A stretch of 61,484 nucleotides of DNA, filler included, from Bipalium vagum (lineage: Eukaryota), in the NCBI GenBank assembly GCA_037834085.1. It is 3 parts of 3 records of this genome, joined end to end, with 100 filler letters (N's around TTAATTAATTAA, not from the genome) between each part and the next. Parts side by side here need not be neighbours in the genome. Positions count along the whole stretch, not along the records: positions 26,907 to 44,690 come from JBBMKC010051229.1; positions 44,791 to 61,484 come from JBBMKC010097958.1; 1 more part is not named here. One strand, written 5' to 3'. Of the stretch, positions 35,641 to 50,083 are shown one piece after another (within the stretch, counting starts at the first letter, position 1; every line of letters starts with the position of its first letter). The translations under genes were made by a program, and so were the position numbers. The notes below the pieces were generated by a model. It did no database searches. It saw nothing but the letters and a program-made list of their open reading frames with translations, and had not been told where the DNA came from.

Positions 35641-38600
35641 ATTTGCAATGTATTTATGTGAAGTAATTCGTTGATGGTTATTCACTTGTAATAAAACTCG
35701 GTTAATTAAGAAAACATTGTTAGAATTTCGAACATCCATCTTAGTCGAATTGAGAAGACACCTGACCCAACGCTTTTTTATTTTATTTTAAATAATATAT
35801 TCAAGTTTGACAAAAATAGTCTATTAAGTTATTTAAATTTAAATTAAACATAATAAAAATATATAAATAATTATTTATTATAATATTAGTAATTATTTGA
35901 TTTCAATTCCAATAGATTTATAATTTTATAATATAAAAATAATTGTTTTAATTTGTTCAGTTTGAAAGTTGAATGTGTTTTTTGATTTTTATGATATACT
36001 GTATATCAATAAAAATTTTATTTAGATTTAAAATTGGTAATTATTTATTTTTTTATTTATTTTCCATTTTTATGTTATAGCATACAAAACTAATCACTTT
36101 TAATAAATCAAACTTATTGTCTTGTTTATTAGTAATTATCGAAAATAAAAAAATTAAGATAAATACTTAGAAAGAGATTAATTAATTATACTATTAAAAT
36201 AAAATCAAAGAAAAATTGTAATTAAAAGTAAAATATCAATTATTGTTAAATTGATTGAATAAATAGATTAAGTAACTGATCAATTAATTTAAATAATTAA
36301 AAATGTATTATGATGAAAAAATTTACTAAATGGTTTATAAAATGTATTTATCAGAAAAAATAATATAAAGTGATCATTTTTCCAAATATGACTTTGTAAT
36401 TAATTAATTAAAAATAATGATAAAATGAATTTTTTAATTTATTATTTATTAATTCTAAAATTTATATCATTATCATATTCTTTACAAATATTAAATTATA
36501 GAATAAATGAAATAAAATTTAAGCAAAATCTACAAAAGTAATTTCTCGTTTCTCGTCATGATTTCAGTGTGATACATATGTGAATTTCGATAATTTCATG
36601 GAAATCTAAGCAAGAAATGATAGATTTATATGTGATTAAAATACAGTGGTTTTTAAAATATTCAAAATATTCAACAGAAAAATAATTACATTATTATACA
36701 GACGCTAACAGTTAGATATAATTTCCATGCTTCTTGGTTACATCATGTGGGTGATTTCTCAGGTATTTCTTTTATAAACCAGACTGTTTTTGTTTCTTTT
36801 TAAATTCATCACTTAAATTTATGATATTCCAAAATTATTCGTAATTCTTTGTTGTTTTTCACAAAAAAAATCAATATAACTATTAATTTTGTTATCTTTA
36901 ATTTTATTTTAAAATCTTTATAATTTAATTTAATTTTTTAAAATATTTTCCATTTATATACTTTAAAATTTAAAAATTAAGACTTTTAATTAACACATTA
37001 ATTTTAAATTACATTTAAACTTTAAAAGTATGTGATAATAATATCCCTCTGATCGTAATTTGGATTTTGTATCTAGATTGAAAAAGCAGGTTAATCAAAA
37101 TCAAAAATAAGGTCCTGGAAAAAATAATTATGAAGTGAAGCAAATAAGTACAGGTAAATGCAAAAGAAAAATAAATAAATAAAAATTTATTATATTAACA
37201 CATTTTGAGGCAGAATGAATTTTTTATTTGAAAATAAATAAATGGGCCCAAATCTGAAGGAATAGATACTAAAAAGATCAACTTAGACACTGTGAAAATC
37301 AATTCAGAAGGGATGAAAACATTTTATTCATCCTTATTTGAAAACAGCAACACTTATAAAAAAAATCCAACCAGTTCTTTACAAGGAATAAGCTAAATTC
37401 AACACATGAAAATAGTCATTGATAAACTTCTATTACAGTTTGTACATGTAGATTTTGAATGGATCCAGGAGGAATAGAATAGAACTGGAGGAAGATATTG
37501 ATAGATCAGTCTTACTCACCTCAATTTTTGTAACAGAAAATATATAGTCTTGACCGAATCTTATTGTTTGAAAGCAGACGGTTGCATAGATATCTTAGGT
37601 CTTTGCTCGATAGGCTTAGAATACTAAACATTTATCATTCTCGGGGTACTTATATTTGTACTTACATAATAATGCATAACATAATTAAATAGAATAGTAA
37701 TTCAGACCACTTTACGATTTATACAAATTCTCATACACGCAACTTTCAAAGAAAAGAAATCACGTAGAGTCGATGCTTTCGGATGAAGAGTTTGCATTCA
37801 GTACTATTTACAGAAAACAACAAATGAAAGGTTCAGCAGAGAAGTGATTTGGAAGTTTGAGTTAGAGAAACATTTTTCAACTAAAAAGATTTTGTCAACC
37901 GTGTTAATTTATTATTTATTAAAAATTTAGATAAAAAGAATTGCAAGAATATATAATTGAATAAATAACTTTGAATAGTTTGATGATGAAAATAATTTGG
38001 GCTCCGTGAGAAAGGAATTTGAGATATTTATATTTGTAGACGGCCATAAATAAGTCTATTTATAAAAAATGTTTATGATAATATTTACCATTTTGACAAA
38101 AAGTGTGAGTGTTTCACAGTTAAGCTCAAACTACTTTTTATTTATCCTGAGGTACAATAAAGCATTGAAAGAAGCTTAACAAGTCTGTTTTTTATAACTA
38201 TAAATAAAAATACTAGACAAGTTATAAAGATTTCATTTTGCGATTATCATTTCATTTTATTATTATTATTATGATATATCAATTCCATAAAAAACATATT
38301 TATCATGTCTTCATATCAGGAGTGAAATTGTGATATTTATAAATAATCATTTTTACAAGGAAGATATACACGGAATTTTTCATATAAGATTCACAACACA
38401 ATTTACAGGAAAAATCAAAATTCGTTAAGCAAGAATGAATTATAAATAAATAAATTTATTAAATAAATTAAAGGAAAGAAATATTGAATTAATTTTGAAC
38501 CAACCTTATTTTTGTGATTTTTTACTATTATATGTAAATTATAACGAACAAAAATATTATTATTCATTCATATGAAAATAACATGTGATATATTCATGTG

Positions 38601-39881
38601 ATATAAATAATCAAATTTATAAAAATAAAAATTTTATAAAAATATTTAAAATGAAAACAATTAAATGCCCTATTAAAAATCGATAAATTATTGTATTTAA
38701 AAATTATTTGTTATTTGTAAATGTGTGAATATTGAATTTATCAGTATAATATAACAAATATAATCCGATTAAAGATTCAATATAAAGGATACTCACTATT
38801 ATTGAAATAAAATAAATATATTGTTTGAATAGCAAGTGAGGTTATTTTTAAATATTTTACATGATGAAAATTAAGAAGAATTTGAGCAAACTGAAGAAAT
38901 AAATGTAAAATAATAATTATTTTAGAGATATTTATTTCTTAATCATAAATAATATTAATTTAATAAGATTATTAATTATATTGTTTACCAAACAAAAATA
39001 TTAAAAACTTTAAAAACTTAATTAAATATCATTAATTAAAATAAAATAATGAAAATTATATATAATAAAATGTTTTCTTAAAATATTAAATATTATTTTA
39101 TAATATTATATTTTATATATTATATGTGGTTAGGGTCCAGTTTCATTTATGAGAAACTTTACAAGAGAAATAAAAGAAATGATTTTCATTTATTTTAATT
39201 ATAGATCTGTTTTGAAATTTAACAAAATTAGTTTTGACAAGAATGATGTGTCGATCATTCAGAGATCAAAAACTATGGATATATATATTTGTAGCAACTG
39301 TTCAATTTATGGAAAAGATTTGATGTTATCTAAAAAGCTCATCTTAGTGTTGAATATTTTCTGACATTTTAATATTATCATGTCATATGATACATACTAT
39401 AAATATAAAATCCAAAGATAAATTTTCTATCATTGTTTGATATTTAATCTATTTTAAAGTAAATGAACGAATATAGAAGTCCATTCTTTGAAGCGATACT
39501 TTACCATCTCGTTTTACTTCTGAAATAGACCAGAGTTATTTTTGGTCAATATTTTTCTATTATTGCTGAATGAAATGAAAATTATTTTTATTGATTTTAT
39601 AATTATTAAATAATTTTATTTTCCTAATTTATTACTTATCTCTTAAAACAAGAAGTCTAATTACACAATCTACAATTTTTAATTTTTTTGTATCAAAGAC
39701 CGCATTATGATAATATAATGTATTTTTGCAGTCGATTACGAATATGATGTCTTTTTTCCTGTAGGACATCTGGTTCAGGCAAAAATACCTTTTAAAGAAT
39801 AATAAGAAAAACACTTAATTTAAACAAAAATATTTTATTTACAATGAAACGTTTTCCTATGAGCTTTTCTATTACAAATAG

Positions 39882-40038
39882 TTGTGGCATTGTTACGCTT
39901 CAGGAGCCACTAGTAGTCTGCCATCATGCTGACTTTCCATCTGTCCTGATACCTCTTCTTCTCAATGGCTATGACCTGGTGAAATCATTCACCATGCTCC
40001 TCGTTATAGGCTCCAAGGTTACTAGGAAAATAATCCAG
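39882..40038 (+). CDS. Candidate upstream exon of the cadherin gene (CGIVTLQEPL...RKIIQ)
   Basis: GC-richer open stretch bounded by TAG and CAG|GTGTGT; its phase-0 end fits the exon at 50084; GIVTLQEPL weakly resembles cadherin GxIxLxxPL. Confidence 0.35.
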
Positions 40039-41099
40039 GTGTGTGTGTTTAAAAAATTCATTTTTATACTCATTCTAAATCCTAGACTTGAAGATCTTAG
40101 ACTAAAAAATTAGTAAAAAATAAATCCTTTACGAATTGAATTGTTATTTGATATTTACTAAAAAATTTTCTGCTTCTTGTTTTTTTTAATTCACATAAAT
40201 GTTTCCAGTTAAGATTAATTATTTTATAAGATTAAATAAAAAATAATAAGCCGCTTAGATAAAAATAAAATGAATTATCATAAAAAATTTATAAGCGAAG
40301 TCTAAATTTGTGATTTACAAAATACGTGATACTCTTTACTAAGCATAAACAAAAATAAACAAAAAATATTGTTGTTAATTTGTAAAGAAGAATTTTATTG
40401 GATTTAATTATTTTAATGCTTTATAAAATTTTTAAATATTTAAAGTTGCTATAGCAGAATCACATTCCAAGAAAATACTCATATAAAGTATTTCGAATAT
40501 CCTCAGTACTCACATTTTAGCTGACAATTTTGTAGAGTGACAAAGAAAAATAACTTTTATGTTTTTTGAGGTTCAGGAATAGGTGGAGATCTAATGAGGC
40601 TAGGCCTGGTGAATATTAAGGATGTTTATTGACATATCAAGAACAGTTTTAGGATTGAGTGCATTACCCTGATGAAAAAAAAATTCTAATATGAGTCCAT
40701 TAACATGAATACTTTTATCAGACTGGTCTAAAATAATTAAATAATATTCTCTACATAATATTCTACTTTTGCATTCTCACTCCAGAACCTGATACCAACA
40801 ATTTTTGATTGATCTAGTTTATTGGGGTTGGTTAGAAGACGAACTACCAGCCTCACTTCATTCTTTGCAATTCTCTTGATATTCAGGGTCTTAGTAATAA
40901 ACAAAAGTTACTGATAATAGGTTGGAGAATAAGTTCTGCAGGGCTTACGAAATACTAAAACATTAAATCTAATCAAAAATAATTATCTGAGTACTGCTTG
41001 TTTAAATATTCCTAATTCATTATATTCATTAACGTAATTTTTAAAAATTCAAAGATATAAGTAAACCATTTAATTAATAATATTAATAAATAAATAATT

Positions 41100-41320
41100 T
41101 TAGATGACTTTGAATAGAATGAATTGCGAATTCTTATTCGTTACTGTTGAAAGCGCAGTCTTTCTACTAGGAAAGCTGCAAAAGAAATATGTGATGCTGA
41201 AGGTGAACTATATCTCTTTGGTAAAAACGTTTCAAAACTGGTGATTTCAGTTTTGAAGGAAAACCTCGTTGTGATCGACCATCGCAGCTGGATAATGAGG
41301 ATTGCTTAACCATCATTGGT
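41100..41320 (+). mobile_element. Mariner 5' fragment
   Basis: LRILIRYC*KRSLSTRKAAKEICDAEGE...W.KRFKTGDFSFEGKPR. Confidence 0.7.
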
Positions 41321-42112
41321 TTTATTTTTGAAAAGTAGACCTTATGTTGCTGAGAATTTTTTTTAAAATAGTTTTAAAAAATTTCAACTGGCATAATATT
41401 AACTTATTTATAAATTTGACGGGGTTCGATGTAATTATTTTATATTTTGTTATACAGATAAGAGCTTTTAGGAAAAAATTCTTTAAAAAATAATGAAATT
41501 TGAAATTCATTTGCAACAGCAAAATATATTTTAAAAAATTATCAATTATGTATTCTTTTTATTGACCACTGAACTTATGAACCAAGGAGTAATTAGAGAA
41601 ATGGTAATAAAACTAAAAATAACTTCAAGTTAAAAATATCAAAGGACAATTAAATATTAATGTATTAGAAAAGAGAAAAGACAACTAACTTCATTCTGAA
41701 GAAAGTAAAATACGATGAAATAATTACCATTGAAAATGAAAGAAAAATCAGTAAAAAAAATAAAATAAATGACATTATCAAACAATTATGAAGACAGTTC
41801 TTGTTGAAAATATTTTCTAACATTTTTAAAATCTTGCTAGATTATAATCGATAATTATAGATATGTGAAACAAGCTTAAGTACCATGAAAATTAGTTTTC
41901 TGTCTTTTTGAGTAAATATGTTAATAATTAAAACAAAAGTTGTATTGAACATTTTAAAAATGATACTAAATATTTTTAGATATTTTCAATTTGATTTCGA
42001 TTTAAATGTACTATGAAAAATATAGAATAATAAAAATTTTCAATAAAACTGATTTCCTGGAAAAATTTTTTAATTATAATAACTGAAAGTAATTATAAAA
42101 TAATAATAGTAA

Positions 42113-42114
<2 letters not shown>

Positions 42115-42170
<56 letters not shown>
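42115..42170. repeat. (TTA)n microsatellite
   Basis: Perfect trinucleotide run; similar (TAA)n runs at 44791-44839 and 51781-51822. Confidence 0.95.
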
Positions 42171-42175
<5 letters not shown>

Positions 42176-42899
42176 ATAATACAGAGTATTTTAATTTTAT
42201 ATTTGCATGATCTTATATTGATATTAGTTTTCATAAATCAGTTAATTCAAATTTCAATAGATGAAAACAAAACAAAGAAAAACGATTATAAAGAATATTT
42301 TCGACATAGTTTGCAGATTTATCTGGATCAGGACGGCTTACAATTAAAGAGATTGCTGAAGTTACTTATATCAATAGAATTTACGCTTAATAATCTAATC
42401 AAGTTTATTAAAAAAAGTGTTCCATTTGAAAGTGCACATGACAAATTTTAAAGACATAATAAAATAAAATATGAAGCAAGAAGAAGTTAAGCAAAAAGTG
42501 GATGAAAGGCTTGCAACATTAAAGATTCGGATTCTTAACCTCTTAAATTATTCTGTATTATCGCGGGAAGAAATGGTTACAGATTTCCTGCTAAAAAGGA
42601 CAAGAAGCAATGGACTCTAAGAAGCACTCATGTCGAAATTGGATATTAAAGTAGAAGATATAAAAGGTTTCACAAAACTATATGAGAATAGGAAAGAGAA
42701 AATTTCTGATAAGATAACGTTGCAAGTAAACGCAGTTCGATATCTGAGTTATGCAGAGATGGTTCAGGATGAACAATCTAAAAGTCCACCCAAGCCCCTG
42801 AATACGTATACTCAAAACCAATCAGAAAAGAATGGTGGGATCATTATAGCAAGTGGAATGGGAGACTTTTACGATGCTAACCATTGTGATGTCTAATAT

Positions 42900-43680
42900 G
42901 TTAGACCGAAGACACATGAAACAGTTTCAGTTGATCGAAGAAGAAAAATTTAGAAGCAAAAATTAATGAAATGGTGTCGAAACCTATTGCATCTGAAGTG
43001 ATTTTGAGATATAAAAGCTCAAATTATTATATCGTTTTATCGATTAATCTGTGGATATCGCGGCACGATTGTACGCCACAATTTCAGGTGGAGTGTAAAA
43101 ACTACAATGGACGAACTAATACCGGAAGAATTTTCAAGAATTGAAGGATAGATCATGCCAAGTGGTGACAGAAGAAATACCAAAAAAATGTTCAAATCGA
43201 GCAGATTTTGACAAAAACTCAGCAGACAAGCACTGATGTTATGTCTCAAAAAATTTCAAATCCCCAGTTAACCGCTTACCGAATTTTTAAGGACAACTTA
43301 GTGCTAACGAAAAAATGTGGTCGTTTATGTTCCACACGATTTGGACAAATACCAAGAACAGCATCGAATTCTAGCGTGCTCTGTCAACATTAAGGAGTAT
43401 GAGAACCACAAAGATCTTCTCCAGCGAACTTCAGCTTTAGATAAGACATGGGCCAGACTGTACATCACAAGGTAAACTTCGTGCCTCTCTTTCAACCAAT
43501 GAACCTGGACCATTACTTACTAGAGAATCGAAATTTGCTGATAAACGAATGTTGTTGGTAGCATTGGATTACGAAGGTGTTGCTTGGTATCATCTTTGAG
43601 AAAAGAACAAGACCATTAACGCTGAACTCTACAAAACAATATTGAAAAGGGAAATAAGAAAATAATTTTTAAAAAAGCAA
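42900..43680 (+). mobile_element. Decayed mariner-like transposase
   Basis: K.CGRYVPHDL, DKTWARLY (compare DETW), DYEGV, TINAELY. Confidence 0.65.
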
Positions 43681-44690
43681 ATCATTCAAAATTCCTGCTA
43701 TTCTCTTTATTGGAATCGTGTAACAATTAACATTGATTTGATTTATTATAGATTAATAAATTCTTATCTGTTATTTTTATTACTTGCAACAACTATTATT
43801 GATTTAGAAACTGGTGTCAGATAAAAGAAAGCCAAATTTTATTTTAATATTTTACTGAATTTTAACAATTTTTATTACTATAATATTTTATTAAATAAAA
43901 AATAATGTGCACAAAGGACTATAAGGATATTTTTACTTGAACTGAATCTGATTTCTAAAACTTTATTTACTCATTAAAATGACTTTTATTTATTAATTAA
44001 AAAATTGTTCATTATTAAAATACTTGAATTTTTAAAAAAATATTGCTTATGACATTTGACTTGGGAAATAGAGTCTCGAGTTTATTCCAATGATGATTTT
44101 ATAAGTTCTAGGCTTATTAAAAAGATTTTTTAAAAATTCTCTTATTTCCTAATAAATTTTTTTTTGAAACAGAACATATTGCGACGTGTAGGATTTACTA
44201 TAGAAAAATGAAGTAAAGTTGAAAATTTCCATAACATCAAGACAAAAATAAAAGGATTTTGAGTAAGCCTTCTTGGAAAGAAAATCTTTTTAAAAAAAAG
44301 GTACAGTGAAGCAGGATGCATAATAATTAGTTTTAAATTGTTTCGGATAGAATTATTGGATTGGTGAATAAATTATTATAATTATTGAATCGTTTAAGTT
44401 TGACTGTAAATAGACAAGAACGACAAACAATTATTTATTCTGATCATTGTCAATTATTTAATATTTATATGATTTTATTAATAAATATTATTTATTTAAT
44501 GAATTGCTGTCATTTAAATATTTTCATGTACATTATAGTTAAATAAATAATTATATTAATAATATTTATAGATATAATTATTTGAGATTCTCCAAATAAT
44601 ATTAGGTTGTCGAATAAGTTCGTTCGGTTTTTTAAGAAAATTAAAAACATTTATGAAATATATTTCTTATGACATAAAAAAGGAAATAAC

Positions 44691-44790
44691 NNNNNNNNNN
44701 NNNNNNNNNNNNNNNNNNNNNNNNNNNNNNNNNNTTAATTAATTAANNNNNNNNNNNNNNNNNNNNNNNNNNNNNNNNNNNNNNNNNNNN
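44691..44790. other. Assembly gap with artificial TTAATTAATTAA linker
   Basis: Same 44+12+44 construct. Confidence 0.95.
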
Positions 44791-44839
<49 letters not shown>

Positions 44840-45699
44840 TGTAAAGGAACTTAAGTGAAAAATAACAACGCAAATATAAAAATTGAAGTCCTATTACTAT
44901 TGATAATAAGACTTAACAATAATAAAAACAGCCACTTTTTAAAAGATTTTATTAGGAAATTAATATTTTTTTTGCAAATAATTAGAAATAAATAACCAAT
45001 CTTCAACCAGATGATGATTTTCCCAACTATTTTGTTTATTATTTTCTCCGTAACATTAATTAGTAAAAAATTATTGAGAAATTAATACGGGAAAACCCTA
45101 AATACGAAATAAATATAAATACAATAATCAAAGGATTATGGAACATATGCAAAATAACCAAATATATTTGTTTATTGTTGCACATTTTATTAATTATAAT
45201 TGTTTTAATTATGGTAATTTTGCAGTTTCCGTTCGTAAATTTATAGAAATTCATTTAAACCCAATTTTTTATTATGGCAATTATTATAAATAATTAAACA
45301 CCTGTGATTGGTCGTTGACAAGCTGAGAACATAAAACTGTTCATAATTAGTCTCCTTTGTGCAAGATCGAGTATTGCATCGTCAGTAGTTTGCAAAATTG
45401 AATTTATGAATCTAAGCTGTAACATTATCCTTATTATAATAGTGGAGTTCAATAAATGGTGTGTGATTGTTAATTTGTTTGTGAAAGAGGACTGAAGCAT
45501 TTTTTTAGAAATTAAAAAAATAATTATGAAGAAAATTGAAAAGTAATGGAGAATATGAACTATTAATATAAGCATCTATTGATATTCTTTTGGCTTTTTA
45601 AATATTAAAATCTTTTAAGTAAAATAAATTTTTAAAACTTAGGATTGGTTGTTCTTCTTAAAGACATATTGTAACTCTTCATAAGCAACTAATCCGCCG

Positions 45700-46400
45700 A
45701 TCATTTCCATTTAATGAAATGTTGTTTCTTCTGATTGCTCTATCTGAAATAAATATGCCCACCACCTGTATTTTCATAATTTGCAGTTCCGAAATTTTTG
45801 ATATCTCTTTCAATTTTCCCAGTGATGTTTTCCGATCTCCTCTTCGACTGGTTTCAGAAGATTTGACTGACTGAATTTGTAGTGTTTTTATTCTTATAGC
45901 ATTTCGTAAACATTGAATTTAACACTCACAACCTTCTCTTTTTCAAAGATATTTCGTTATCCCATTTTACAATGTAATCAAGGAAAGGTTCCAAAAGAAG
46001 TGCTGATGACACCATATTTTCTGCTTTTCTATCAAATCGTGTGAATTCATTTATCAAGTTTCTTTGACTTTCCTATTTCTCGCAGGAGGTTGGAATAAAC
46101 CATAGTTGAAACATCTAGTGCACAGCTAAGCTTTCGAACAGTCTCAAATAGTGTCTTCAAATCGTCATTGGAGATGGTAAATAATCGTCCACGACCATAT
46201 TTATTCATCTCCATCCTTAAATCTCTGAAACCAGTGTTGAGAGCTACGTTCATTAGTGGTACTTTCTCCAAATATGCGGTTGAGATTTCGAATACTTTTT
46301 CAAACCTAGTCTGTAATTCATAAAGGAACACTACTCTAATTTTGATGTCGTTCATCTTGTTTTCAAACGCTTAAACAATTTTAGATTATTTTTCTTTATT
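45700..46400 (-). mobile_element. Decayed mariner 5' half
   Basis: ORF MNDIKIRVVFLYE...GRGRL...LREIGKSKKLDK* (compare KKLDKWVPHEL). Confidence 0.75.
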
Positions 46401-47337
46401 AAAAAGTTTTGTTGACGTACCTTTTTAAAAGACGTACCTTTTTTATATTCTAAAGGTATTATATATTAAAAGGAACATGTGAAATGAAAATTTATCTCGG
46501 ATTCCAGTGATATTGACATTATTATATTGATTATAACAGGTATAGAATACTTGTAATTAATTGTATAATTGCTCGTCTTAAATAATGTAAAATTGATCTT
46601 TTTAAACCTTCTTTGGTGACAATGCTTTTTGAATAAATAAAATATATTCCATTATGAGGATAACTATTTTATATTTATAGAGAAGAGACTACTTCGTTTA
46701 TAGGGGATATAATCTCTTTAGTGATTTAGACTCCTAAGACTGATGGTAAAATTATTTTATAAAAATTTAGGCTTTAACATAACTTAAAAACTTTTGATAT
46801 TAAAATTTTGCAAAACCGTTCTCCATTTCTGTTCAGGTAATGACGAGTAATTTAATTTTCTATCAGATTCTCTTTGATGTTTAAGAAAGATTTAATATAT
46901 CTCTTTTAAGTATCATATTATCAAAGGATATAATAATGTTAATTATACCCCCCTGAAGTTAAAAGTGAGATCATGATATTTTAAATTGCAATGAGTAAAC
47001 TTTTATTATTTTTCACTTTGCATTCTAATAATTGTAATTAAATTTTCTAAATGTGGTTTTTTTGTGATAAAACTAAAAAACTAAAAACGTGGATATTTAA
47101 GTAAACGATCTATTTCTAATACATAAAATAAAACTTTAAAGTAAAGTATTGGTTACAAATTTCGGACTATCATTTTTAATTGACCATTTATGACCTCATC
47201 ATTTTTTATTGATCAATTTTTTACTTCTTAGTTTTTCAACTATTTTACGTAAAGCAGTTTGTTTAATTTCCACAAATTTTAAAATATTGAATGCAATAGA
47301 CCTGTTGCCAAATAATAAATTAATTTTGTTAATTATA

Positions 47338-47389
47338 CAGTGGCTGCACAAAGTAATTGAACGGTATGAAATACTTTGTGGAGCCACTG
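47338..47389. mobile_element. Minimal 52-bp Tc1-type MITE (paired TIRs only)
   Basis: TA|CAGTGGCTGCACAAAGTA...TACTTTGTGGAGCCACTG|TA: 17/18 inverted match, Tc1-like CAGTG ends, TA TSD. Confidence 0.8.
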
Positions 47390-48787
47390 TATTAAGATAA
47401 CTTCAAAAAATAAATGTTTTCTAATTGATATCCAAAATTGATTCTTATTATAACCTCTCTAACCAAGATTAACCTTATTTCTAGTTGTTTTTTTGAAAAG
47501 CATAGAAGTATTGCATTCTTCACAATCCATTATCAAATTTCCTCATCCAAAATGTAAAATATAAATACTGTAATCACTTTAAAAAATCTAACACTAACAC
47601 ATAAAAAATACTTCAGATAAACAATACAGATTGCAAAAATGTCTTTATTCAAAAATTAAATAGATAATTAAAAAAGGAAGTTATACTTTATTAAGAGTAT
47701 AAATAATGAATAATAAACAGAATATCTTTTGTCAATAAATACATGTGAGAAATTCTTGGTAAACATTAAGTATTTGTGAATAGATTAATTTTCTTGTTAA
47801 TTTAAAATTGGTTAATGAAAATCTAATACGTCATCTCAGCAAACTTGTGAGATCTAATTTAATTTATTTGTATAGACATCAAAATACAAACCCCACGATA
47901 ACCAGGGGAATCATTACACCTCATTCGTTAAAAATGTTATGATATGGTAGGAAAGATTCATAAAGAAGAAAGACTATTTGACAAACCAAAGAAGAATATC
48001 GTTGATGGTACATGACATCTATGGCCAGGACATCCATCATCTTTATTATTTTAATAAATGTTGAATAGTGCGTTATTTCAAGAAAAGGTTTTTATGATAT
48101 TCGCATAGTGAGGGTAATGAATAAAAATCAAAGAAATATTCAGGTCTTCTAAAATAAACTTATGTATCTGTCATAAAAAAACATTATCTTCCATATGTAT
48201 ACATCATTAAAATATCAAAAATTATAAAACCACATTTTTGATTTTCTTTCCACGAAGATTATTTTATAAATAAAATAAAATTTTCTTAATGAAAACATAT
48301 AAAATAAAAAAGAAAATGTTATACTGTCTTGAAAGTAGACGAAAATCGGTCAAAAATACCACTTAAATATTTCTAATATTATTAGATGAGAAATACGAAA
48401 ATTCACTCGTTTCCGCCCTAGAAGAAAATCATTTCAGAAATCTGATCATCTTTCTAACATTCCAAACTCTCAATTCCAAAAAATGATCTTCAAGTTTAAA
48501 TTGAAGAAGCCATAATGTCTCGAAATTATCCACAATGCAGCAGGAATTACAAATAACATAACTATAAAGCCACATTTCCTTATTTTCTTCCAGTCTTTTT
48601 TTTGGAAGAAAAATTTTCTGAATTTTTATTACGCATTCTATAAGAAATAATAATAATAATAATAATATTAATAATAATAATAATATTAATAATAATAATA
48701 ACAATTAATAATAATACATGATAATTATGATAATAAAAATGTTAATAATAATTTTAATAATAAAAATAATAATAATAAATTATTAAG

Positions 48788-49973
48788 ATTATGAGCATAT
48801 GTACGTTTCCATCTCTCATATATTTATGACATTTTAAATATTATTAAAACATATACTTTGTTTGGAAACATTTATTTAAGTAAGTCATTATTAATTATAC
48901 TGTTATATGCATGACCTAATTTATTTAAATTAACGACTTATTTCAAGCAATAATTATGGAAGTTGATAAACGTATATTCGACACTACATGTTGTTCAGTT
49001 TCAATCATTATAAAACATTTGCGGAAACAACTCGATTAATTTGCAAATTTATGGTGATGGAACAACTGCGAACAACGAATGGTTCAGACTCTTTAGAAAC
49101 GGTGATACTGATTTAAAGGATAAAGAGCAAGTTGATCGGCCACAAAAATGAGTTCGGAGGAGCTGTAAACGCTTTTGAAAGAAAATTCGACTCATTTGAA
49201 TTTAGAGCTGATGAGAAGGTTGCCTGTAATCAGAACACCGTACTTAGGGCGTTGCATCGAATGTGGTAAACTTCTGAATGAAGGAAAATGAATTATTTAT
49301 GAATTATTAGAGAAAAACATGATCAGTCAATTCACCATTTGTCTTTCGATTCTCTGAAGACACAAATAAAAGTTTTTTGTATAGAATTTTGATCGGAAAC
49401 GAAAGTGGATATATTATTATAACCCCAATCGCAAAAGATGGTGGTACATCCTGGAGAACCGGGATCTTCACAACCAAAAAAATATTCATGGTCATAAGAT
49501 CGTCTGCGTTTCTGGTGGGATATGCATGGAGTTCTTTATTATGAACTATTAAAACAATCTGAAACTGTAACTACGAAGTTATACACTCGCCAATTGAGAC
49601 ACAAAAATAAGTGCGTGAAAGTGCCAGACCACATGTGTCATTAAGAACAAAGGAAATTTTGATGGACTTAGAATGAGAAGTTCTACCACAAACGGCATCT
49701 TCTCCGAATATTCCCCCAATGAATTTTCACCTATTCCATTCCATGCAACATAGTCTTTCCGATGTATATCTTAGTAATGTTGAAGAAATGCAGAAAATCA
49801 TTAACAATTTTATTCAATCTAAGGCCAAAGACCCTTTTCACTTTTTGTCTGAAAGATGGAAAAAGTAGTTAATAATGATTGAAAATATTTTGATTAAAAT
49901 ATACCATGTTATTTGTTATATATTGATAAAAAGTCTTTGCCTTAAAGGATGGAAACTTATGTATACTCCCAAT
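48788..49973 (+). mobile_element. Near full-length decayed mariner (DD34D) with both TIRs
   Basis: TIRs ATTATGAGCATATGTACGTTTCCATC / GATGGAAACTTATGTATACTCCCAAT; ATG at 48957; WFRLFRNGDTDLKD, WWDMHGVLYYELL, FHLFHSMQH, LSERWKKVV. Confidence 0.88.
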
Positions 49974-50083
49974 AATAAAAATAATGGTGAAAATAGGAAT
50001 AATAATAGTATAAATAATAGTGTCAAAATAAAAATAATTATATTTTTTAATAATACTCATAAAATAATAAATGATATTTTCAG

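Noticed and set aside
39460-39540. Stop-codon reassignment to rescue the cadherin-like fragments
   Set aside because: The confident PDK, Pim and cadherin exons contain no in-frame stops, and the two complete genes end normally at TAG and TGA; the standard code suffices.
42250-42896. ORFs 42203-42451 and 42630-42896 as a host gene
   Set aside because: No recognisable domain or splice structure; SYAE-type motif and adjacency to a mariner suggest a retroelement ORF1/gag remnant, too weak to call.
45355-45385. Hammerhead-like CTGACGA-TGCAA...TTGCA-CAAA on the minus strand
   Set aside because: GAAA is replaced by CAAA, and there is no stem III/NUH cleavage site or stem I partner in register.
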